A stretch of 64,000 nt of DNA from Sphingopyxis sp. (lineage in GTDB: Bacteria; Pseudomonadota; Alphaproteobacteria; Sphingomonadales; Sphingomonadaceae). Below, in pieces: positions 57,488-64,000 of this stretch. Below the pieces are notes generated by a model. The model was given only the letters and a program-made list of their open reading frames with translations, was not told where the DNA came from and did no database searches. The DNA lies in contig JBCKXT010000003.1 in NCBI GenBank assembly GCA_038921085.1, positions 31,708 to 95,707 of the forward strand, in the 5' to 3' direction. Made by a program: the position numbers and the translations under genes. Each line of letters starts with the position of its first letter. Positions within the stretch are counted from its first letter, which is position 1.

Positions 57488-58255
57488 TTATATCATTGCC
57501 ATCCCGCCGTTGACATGCAGCGTCTGGCCGGTGACATAGCCCGCCTCGCGGCTTGCCAGATAAGCGACCGCTGCGCCAATATCGGCACCCTCACCCATTT
57601 TACCCATCGGGATCCGCGCATTCAGCGCAGCCTTTTGCGTATCGGGCAGCGCGTCGGTCATCGCCGAGGAAATGAACCCCGGCGCGACGCAATTGACCGT
57701 GATCCCCCGGCTCGCCAGCTCGAGTGCCAGCGCCTTGGACATGCCGATTAACCCGGCCTTTGACGCGGCATAATTGACCTGCCCCGGATTGCCGGTGACG
57801 CCAACGACGCTGGTGATCGAGATGATTCGGCCAAAGCGCGCCTTCATCATCGGCCGGCACGCGGCGCGGCACAGGCGGAATGCGGCTTCCAGGTTGATGC
57901 GGATGACATCATCCCATTCTGCATCCTTCATCCGCATGGCGAGGTTGTCGCGGGTCACCCCGGCGTTATTGACGAGGATGTCGAGTTGGCCGCCGCCCCC
58001 CACCGGAGAAAGCGCCTCGACCGCTCGTCCGACCAGTGCATCGACCGCAGCGGCATCACCCAGATCGCAGACCAGTTGCACATGGTCGCGGCCCGATTCC
58101 GATCCCAATTCAGCAGCGAACGCCGCCAGCTTGTCGGCATTGCTGCCCGACAGCGCGAGCCGCGCACCCTGTGCCGCCAATGCTCGCGCAATTGCGCTGC
58201 CAATCCCGCCACTGGCACCCGTCACCAGCGCGGTCATCCCTGTTAAATTGAACAT
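57488..58255 (-). CDS. fabG: 3-oxoacyl-ACP reductase
   Basis: TGASGGIG, NNAGVTRD, YAASK, GYVTGQTLHVNGGM; probable start MFNLTG. Confidence 0.93.
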   Translation of the reverse strand: MFNLTGMTALVTGASGGIGSAIARALAAQGARLALSGSNADKLAAFAAELGSESGRDHVQLVCDLGDAAAVDALVGRAVEALSPVGGGGQLDILVNNAGVTRDNLAMRMKDAEWDDVIRINLEAAFRLCRAACRPMMKARFGRIISITSVVGVTGNPGQVNYAASKAGLIGMSKALALELASRGITVNCVAPGFISSAMTDALPDTQKAALNARIPMGKMGEGADIGAAVAYLASREAGYVTGQTLHVNGGMAMI

Positions 58256-58430
58256 CTTGGCCCCATTTTTGCTGATTGCAATATCGCCCAACCGAATTGC
58301 GCGGTCGCGGGTTCAAAGGAGATGAGGTCAGACGGCACAAGCCCCCTTATATTGCCCCTGTGGCTTGGTGCAATGGCTGGAGCCTCTCGCCGGAGAACAA
58401 AGAGGGGAGGAACTGGCCGTTCCTCACTAA

Positions 58431-58482
58431 ATCCTCCCCCTCGGGGGAGGGGGACCGCGCAGCGTTGGAGGGGGGGAGAGGG
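58431..58482. repeat. Palindromic element (ATCCTCCCC..GGGGAGGGGGACC family)
   Basis: Inverted match to 30141-30186. Confidence 0.7.
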
Positions 58483-58485
58483 TAG

Positions 58486-58640
58486 GCCGCGCTCGCCTGC
58501 GAGCGGGAAAGGCCATACAGATACGCCGCGCTCGCCTGCGAGCGGGAAAGGCCAGACAGATACGCCGCGCTCGCCTGCGAGCGGGAAAGGCCAGACAAGA
58601 GCGCCGCGCTAGCGTTTACGCTAGGGGAAGCGAGAAAAGA
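58486..58640 (+). repeat. Tandem array of four 39-bp hairpin mini-repeats
   Basis: Units start at 58486, 58525, 58564 and 58603. Three have the stem CGCTCG-CCTG-CGAGCG; the fourth has CTAGCG-TTTA-CGCTAG. Confidence 0.9.
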
Positions 58641-58645
58641 ACGCG

Positions 58646-59050
58646 TTATCCCTCGCTGCCAAAAAACTTTGCTGCCACATCGCTCGCGATCCGTTTCGGG
58701 CGCAGGGTTTCGGCGCACACATAGCACCAGCTGGACTTTACTTCCGCCAGCACATCTTCGCCGCGTTTGATGATTGTGTCGTAAAATGCGCGGGCGCCGT
58801 GGATTCGTTCCAGCACCACGGTCGTGATGACATCATCGTCGAGGAACGCGGGCCGACGATAGGTAATCTCATGCTTGAGCGCGACCCACAGATGAGCCGC
58901 AACTGCTTGGGGAGGGGCGATGCTGCGCCAATGCGCCAACACCGCTTCTTGCACCCAATTGAGGTAGTTGGCGTTGTTGACATGGCCCATGAAATCAATG
59001 TCGCTGGGCGCGACCCGGATGGGATAGGCGTGAGAGATTTTGCTGCTCAT
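58646..59050 (-). CDS. Acyl-CoA thioesterase (4HBT/YbgC family)
   Basis: DIDFMGHVNNANYLNW. Confidence 0.92.
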   Translation of the reverse strand: MSSKISHAYPIRVAPSDIDFMGHVNNANYLNWVQEAVLAHWRSIAPPQAVAAHLWVALKHEITYRRPAFLDDDVITTVVLERIHGARAFYDTIIKRGEDVLAEVKSSWCYVCAETLRPKRIASDVAAKFFGSEG

Positions 59051-59117
59051 CGGGCCATTATAGCCGGGTTTGCTTAACGAAGACAGTGTTACCTACTGAC
59101 TGACCCGGCAAGAAACT

Positions 59118-59600
59118 CTATCCGCGTCCGCGATAGGGCGCGACACCTTGGTCGGGCAGCCACAGCCCCTGTGGCGGCACACCCGATTGCCAGAACACAT
59201 CTATCGGTATGCCGCCACGTGGGTACCAATAGCCGCCGATCCTCAGCCATAGTGGCTGCATTTCATCAAACAGACGGCGACCGATCCCGACGGTACAGTC
59301 TTCGTGGAATGCAGCGTGGTTGCGAAAGCTGCCGAGGAATAATTTGAGCGATTTAGATTCGACGATTGTCAGAGCTGGTACGTAATCGATGACCAGATGG
59401 GCAAAATCGGGCTGGCCGGTTACCGGGCAGAGCGAGGTAAACTCTGGCGCGGCAAAGCGCACCAGATAGAGTTCCGCGCTGCGTGGGTTGGGGACATAAT
59501 CCAGCTTGGCCGCATCCGGGCTGGCGGGCAATATGCTCGGTTGACCGAGGAAACGTGGCGGTGAACCGGGCGCTAAACTAACATGAGGGGGCTTGACCAT
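59118..59600 (-). CDS. queF: NADPH-dependent preQ0 reductase
   Basis: [32 protein letters not shown]. Confidence 0.96.
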   Translation of the reverse strand: MVKPPHVSLAPGSPPRFLGQPSILPASPDAAKLDYVPNPRSAELYLVRFAAPEFTSLCPVTGQPDFAHLVIDYVPALTIVESKSLKLFLGSFRNHAAFHEDCTVGIGRRLFDEMQPLWLRIGGYWYPRGGIPIDVFWQSGVPPQGLWLPDQGVAPYRGRG

Positions 59601-59724
59601 GGCTGCGCTTTAGCTTCAGGCGGTGCACCTGTCACGTGGAACGCATCGCGGACCGCCAAACAAAAAGGTGGAACGGAAATCGGGCCATCCCCATCAAGCT
59701 GGAACATTGCCACTCGTGCCTGAA

Positions 59725-60966
59725 ATGTCTTTGCTATTCCGCACACAGACCCGCTTGGCAACGACCGGCATAGTTATACTTGCGCTAGGTGGCGCGGCGA
59801 TTGCGAGCGCGACGCCCGGGTTGCCTGCGCCTGCTGGACCATCGTCGGGCCGGGCAGCGGGGCCGCCGGACGGCATCATTCCGCCACCGCCACTCGGCCC
59901 CCGCACCACCCCCTTTCCCTTTCCCGTGCCGCGTCCGCAAACCTCGCCCCCGCCCCAGACGACCGCGCCCGTGCCATCATCAGCCGAGCTGCCCCAGCCC
60001 CGCCAGCCGCAGCGCGGTCCGGGGACGGCTCTTCGGCCTGCGCCGCGCACAGCGTCCCCCGCCGGCCCGCTGCGCGGTTCGTTGCCGGTCCCACTCGATA
60101 GCGCTGTTGCTGGCGGAGCTGGGCCGAGCACTGATGACGCGCCAGATGCTGGGCCAGATGCTGGGCAAATGCCGCCGCCCCTCTCCCCGCCCCTCACTTC
60201 ATGGCCTGAATGGGCACCATTGGTGGTGCTTGGCGGGATTGCCGCACTGTTGAGGGGGATGTGGTTGTGGTGGCGCAGACGCAGGCGGCCCCGGCTGCTG
60301 GTCCTGCCTGCACCAGACATTATCGAACAGCCAGCACCTGCGTATAGGCCAACCCCGCCGCCTGCACCGCCGCCTGTACCGCCGCCTGTACCGCCGCCCG
60401 CCCCGGCCAAGCCGATCATTTCCCGTCCGGTCACAGGCAGGAGGGCCGACCTCTCGATTCGCCTAGAGCCGCTGTCGGCCAGCACGACATTGCTCAATTT
60501 TCGGATGCGCTATGCGGTGATTGTCCACAACGCTGGCCAAGTGGACGCCGCCAACATCGGGATGCGGATCGGTCTGTTTGCGGGCACTCAGGCGAGCGAG
60601 CACGGGGTTGCCCAATGGTTGATGCTCGATGGGCAAGCGCCGAACCATGTCGCCGAAAAAATCGCGGTGGATGGTGAGCACAGATTTGAAGGGGAATTGG
60701 CCGCGCCGCTTGACGCGCTGGGGGCGATGGTCATCGACGGGCGCAAGCTGGCGATCGCGCTGATCGCGCTCGACCTTCGCTATCACCACCCGCCGGGCCA
60801 GTCACCGCTGGACGGACAGGTCGCGCGATCCTTTGTCGTCGGGCGCGAACCGCCAGCGCGTGACGATCAACCCCTAGGCAGACTGGCCCCATTCCGGTTT
60901 GACCTGGGGCCGACCAGCTTTGCCCCGCTGGGGGTGCGCGATACGGGAATTAGCCGCAACGAATAG
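59725..60966 (+). CDS. Proline-rich single-pass membrane protein, hypothetical
   Basis: Signal-like N-terminus, Pro-rich linker, TM followed by RRRRR, second Pro-rich tract, beta-rich C-domain; start uncertain. Confidence 0.7.
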   Translation: MSLLFRTQTRLATTGIVILALGGAAIASATPGLPAPAGPSSGRAAGPPDGIIPPPPLGPRTTPFPFPVPRPQTSPPPQTTAPVPSSAELPQPRQPQRGPGTALRPAPRTASPAGPLRGSLPVPLDSAVAGGAGPSTDDAPDAGPDAGQMPPPLSPPLTSWPEWAPLVVLGGIAALLRGMWLWWRRRRRPRLLVLPAPDIIEQPAPAYRPTPPPAPPPVPPPVPPPAPAKPIISRPVTGRRADLSIRLEPLSASTTLLNFRMRYAVIVHNAGQVDAANIGMRIGLFAGTQASEHGVAQWLMLDGQAPNHVAEKIAVDGEHRFEGELAAPLDALGAMVIDGRKLAIALIALDLRYHHPPGQSPLDGQVARSFVVGREPPARDDQPLGRLAPFRFDLGPTSFAPLGVRDTGISRNE

Positions 60967-61081
60967 CCCCGCATGGTTGCAAAGCGGATGGCGTGGTAAT
61001 AGGCTGACTTTCCCTAAGATTGAACACGGGCAGGCGTCATCATCGCAATGATTCGGTGGGCGCAATAATTGGGAGCAGAAT

Positions 61082-61924
61082 ATGGAATCGCTTGTCAGCA
61101 CTGAATGGTTGGCCAAGGAATTGGGCGCAAGCGACCTCAGGGTTGTGGATGCGACAAAGTTCATGGCTGGTTCGGACCGCAATGCCCGCGCCGAATATGA
61201 ATCTGGCCACATTCCCGGCGCGGTGTTCATGGACCTTGGCGATCTGACGGACACCAGCAACCCTGTCGAAAACATGGCCCCCAAGGCAGAAAAATTCGCC
61301 AGCCGGATGCAAAGCTTGGGGCTGGGCGATGGCAGCCGGATTGTCCTGTATGATGACAGCCCGCTGGTCAGTGCAGCGCGGGCATGGTGGCTGCTCAAAC
61401 TGTTTGGCGCACATGATGTCGCCTTGCTCGATGGCGGCCTAGCCAAGTGGAAGGCCGAAGGACACCCGCTGGAAATGGGCAACCATGTGCTGCGCCATCG
61501 TCACTTCACGGTGTGGCGCGATGCCAATGCGGTGCGCACAAAGGACCAGATGCTGGCCAATATCGACAGCAAGGCCGAACAGCTGGCCGATGCTCGTGGG
61601 GCGGCGCGATTTAGCGGGGAAGAGCGCGACCCACGCCCCGGCATGGCCCCTGGCCATATCCCCGGATCGCGCTGTCTGCCGGTCGGCAAATTGTTCAATG
61701 CCGATGGCACCTGGAAAAGCGAAGACGCATTGCGCGCCGCCTTTGTCGATGCGGGCATCGACCTCAATCAGCCGCTGGTCGCCAGTTGTGGCAGCGGCAT
61801 GACCGCCAGTTCCATCGCCTATGCCGCCCATCTGTTGGGCAAGGAAGATGTCGCCGTCTATGACGGTAGCTGGGCCGAATGGGGCGCTGACCCAGCAACA
61901 CCCAAAGCGACCGGCGCGGCCTGA
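61082..61924 (+). CDS. sseA: 3-mercaptopyruvate/thiosulfate sulfurtransferase
   Basis: GHIPGA, LDGGL, CGSGMTA, YDGSWAEW. Confidence 0.93.
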   Translation: MESLVSTEWLAKELGASDLRVVDATKFMAGSDRNARAEYESGHIPGAVFMDLGDLTDTSNPVENMAPKAEKFASRMQSLGLGDGSRIVLYDDSPLVSAARAWWLLKLFGAHDVALLDGGLAKWKAEGHPLEMGNHVLRHRHFTVWRDANAVRTKDQMLANIDSKAEQLADARGAARFSGEERDPRPGMAPGHIPGSRCLPVGKLFNADGTWKSEDALRAAFVDAGIDLNQPLVASCGSGMTASSIAYAAHLLGKEDVAVYDGSWAEWGADPATPKATGAA

Positions 61925-61962
61925 AGCAATGATAGTGCGGAGGGCAGCGGTAGGGGGTAAAA

Positions 61963-63180
61963 GTGACGGATGATCCCGATCACCCGCAACGTCCGGCAAC
62001 CCGGCTGGTCACCGCTGGACGTCGCAAGGAATGGACGCATGACCCCCGGCTTGGCGGTGGTATCGTCAACCCGCCGCTGTGGCGGGCATCGACCATTTTA
62101 TTCGATACCGTTGCGGACCTCGAATCGCGCGGCCGCGATAGCCATGACAGACTGTTCTATGGGCGGCGCGGGACACCCACCGTCTGGGCGCTGGCCGATG
62201 CCCTGACCCAAATGGAACCGGGCGCGGCTGGGACATTGCTCTATCCTTCGGGGCTGGCCGCCATCGCTACCGGGATGCTGGCGCTGCTTGCTCCGGGCGA
62301 CCATGTGCTGATGGTCGATGCGGTCTATGACCCGACCCGGTCATTGTGCGATGGGATGTTGGCCCGCATGGGCATCACCACCAGCTATTATGATCCGCTA
62401 GTCGGGGCCGGGATTGCTGATCTGGTGCAGCCATCAACCCGCCTGATCTTCCTTGAAAGCCCAGGCAGCCTGACCTTTGAAGTGCAGGATGTCCCCGCGA
62501 TTGTCGCGGTCGCCCGTGAACGCGGCATCCCCACCATGCTCGACAATACTTGGGCGACGCCGCTGTTGTTTCCGGCGCTGTCACACGGTGTCGATGTAGC
62601 GATGATGAGCCTGACCAAATATGTCGGTGGGCACAGCGATGCGATGATGGGGGCGCTGACAGTCACACCAGCGCTGTGGGCGCGGCTGCGCGACACCAGT
62701 TATCAGCTAGGCCAGTCGGTCAGCGTCGATGACTGTGCGCTGATGCTGCGCGGTCTTAGGACGCTGGATGTCCGGATGCAGCGCCATGGCTCCAGTGCAT
62801 TGCAGATTGCCGATTGGCTGGCCGCTCACCCGGCGGTTGGCACCGTGTTGCACCCGGCATTGTCATCCTGCCCCGGCCATGGCCATTGGCAGCGCGATTT
62901 TTCAGGAGCCAGCGGCCTGTTCGGCTTTACCCTGAGGGGCGCGTCCAAATCCGCCGGTGACAGGTTAGTCGACACCCTGAGCCTGTTCGGCATTGGCTAT
63001 AGCTGGGGCGGTTTTGAGAGTTTGGCGATACCGGTCAAGCCGCTACGCAGCGCCCGGCCGTGGGCCAATAACCCGTTGGCCGACGGGCCGTTGATCCGCC
63101 TGTCCATCGGCCTCGAAGACCCAAGCGACCTGATTGCCGACCTTGAACGTGGCTTTGCCGCAGCAGGGCTGGGCGCATGA
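61963..63180 (+). CDS. metC: Cystathionine beta-lyase
   Basis: YGRRGTPT, ESPGS, DNTWA, SLTKYVGGHSD, GYSWGGFESL. Confidence 0.95.
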   Translation: MTDDPDHPQRPATRLVTAGRRKEWTHDPRLGGGIVNPPLWRASTILFDTVADLESRGRDSHDRLFYGRRGTPTVWALADALTQMEPGAAGTLLYPSGLAAIATGMLALLAPGDHVLMVDAVYDPTRSLCDGMLARMGITTSYYDPLVGAGIADLVQPSTRLIFLESPGSLTFEVQDVPAIVAVARERGIPTMLDNTWATPLLFPALSHGVDVAMMSLTKYVGGHSDAMMGALTVTPALWARLRDTSYQLGQSVSVDDCALMLRGLRTLDVRMQRHGSSALQIADWLAAHPAVGTVLHPALSSCPGHGHWQRDFSGASGLFGFTLRGASKSAGDRLVDTLSLFGIGYSWGGFESLAIPVKPLRSARPWANNPLADGPLIRLSIGLEDPSDLIADLERGFAAAGLGA

Positions 63181-64000
63181 GCATCGGCATGAGCATGATG
63201 GCGGTCGGAACCAGTCTGGTCGGCACGCTCGACCAGCTGACCGGCGCGGCGCGTGCCATCGGTATCGACATCGGTGCCTATCGCTTGTCACTGTTCAGCT
63301 TTTTTTCCGCGATGTTGGTCGCGGCGCTGTTGTTCATACTTGTCCGGCTCTCCATGCGCACGATCAGCTGGCTGTTACGCCGCAACCATAATATTGACGA
63401 AACCCAGCGACTGCTGACCGAAAAACTGCTGGGCATCGCTTTAATTGCGCTGGCCGTATTGATCGGTGTCGATCTGCTGGGGATTGACTTGACTACCCTG
63501 ACGGTTTTTTCCGGCGCACTGGGGCTGGCGATCGGGTTTGGTTTGCAAAAGACCGTGGGCAATTTGATCGCCGGGATCATTTTGTTGATGGACCGCTCGA
63601 TCAAGCCAGGCGATATCATCGTTGTTGGCGACCTGGGCGGCACCGCAGGATCACCTGGAACCGGTATCGCCAATGTCGGGCGGGTGGTGAAAATCGGGGT
63701 GCGCGCGGTCAGCGTTGTCACCCGCGATGGCAAGAAACATCTGATCCCCAACGAAGTGCTGATGACCCAGCCGGTCGAAAACTGGTCATACTCCGACCCC
63801 GATGTGCGGGTAAGGATGCGGATACCCGTCGGCTATGATGCCGACCTCAGGCTCGCACAGCAATTGATTATCGATGCTGCAAAGGCGAATCTGCGGGTGC
63901 TCGACAATCCGGAACCGATGGTCTGGATCACCGGATTTGGCGAACGCGCGATAGACCATGAACTGCGTATCTGGATTACTGACCCGGAAAGCGGGTTGGG
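63177..64000 (+). CDS. MscS-family mechanosensitive channel (runs off the window)
   Basis: Translated by hand from the ATGA overlap with metC: GALGLAIGFGLQKTVGNLIAGIILLMDRSIKPGD...IPNE...VENWS. Confidence 0.92.
   Translation, partial: MSIGMSMMAVGTSLVGTLDQLTGAARAIGIDIGAYRLSLFSFFSAMLVAALLFILVRLSMRTISWLLRRNHNIDETQRLLTEKLLGIALIALAVLIGVDLLGIDLTTLTVFSGALGLAIGFGLQKTVGNLIAGIILLMDRSIKPGDIIVVGDLGGTAGSPGTGIANVGRVVKIGVRAVSVVTRDGKKHLIPNEVLMTQPVENWSYSDPDVRVRMRIPVGYDADLRLAQQLIIDAAKANLRVLDNPEPMVWITGFGERAIDHELRIWITDPESGL

Noticed and set aside
58486-58640. CRISPR array
   Set aside because: Units are directly tandem with no unique spacers, and there are no cas genes in the window.

Overview
GC-rich chromosomal segment of an alphaproteobacterium; gene content and repeat families suggest Sphingomonadales. 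Most of it is housekeeping: phoR (partial), glmU, glmS, ilvE, proC, tlyA, dsbD, sucC, etfBA, motAB, mmsAB, PBP1A, msrB, holA-lptE-leuS, yggS, fabG, queF, sseA-metC, an MscS channel (partial), tRNA-Leu(CAA) and tRNA-Gln(TTG). There is no CRISPR array, prophage, integrase or transposase. Highlights: (1) a four-gene cassette at 1155-3930 encoding a Tat-like-leader protein, a stand-alone PqqD/RRE chaperone, an HprK-related kinase and a nucleotidyltransferase, which looks like an uncharacterised RiPP/protein-modification system with its probable substrate; (2) a family of 33-39 bp hairpin+GGGAAGCCAGA mini-repeats with covarying stems, inserted in frame into DsbD, a thiolase, MmsB and YggS, and also forming tandem and nested copies; (3) a type III PKS/methyltransferase/flavoprotein cluster; (4) a glyoxalase gene preceded by a LexA box; (5) an accessory patch between glmU and glmS with a duplicated glmU 3' end and a VapBC pair; (6) a ferredoxin reductase frameshifted at a G9 tract; (7) a candidate intergenic sRNA. 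All calls come from reading the sequence and recognising motifs; no database searches were run.
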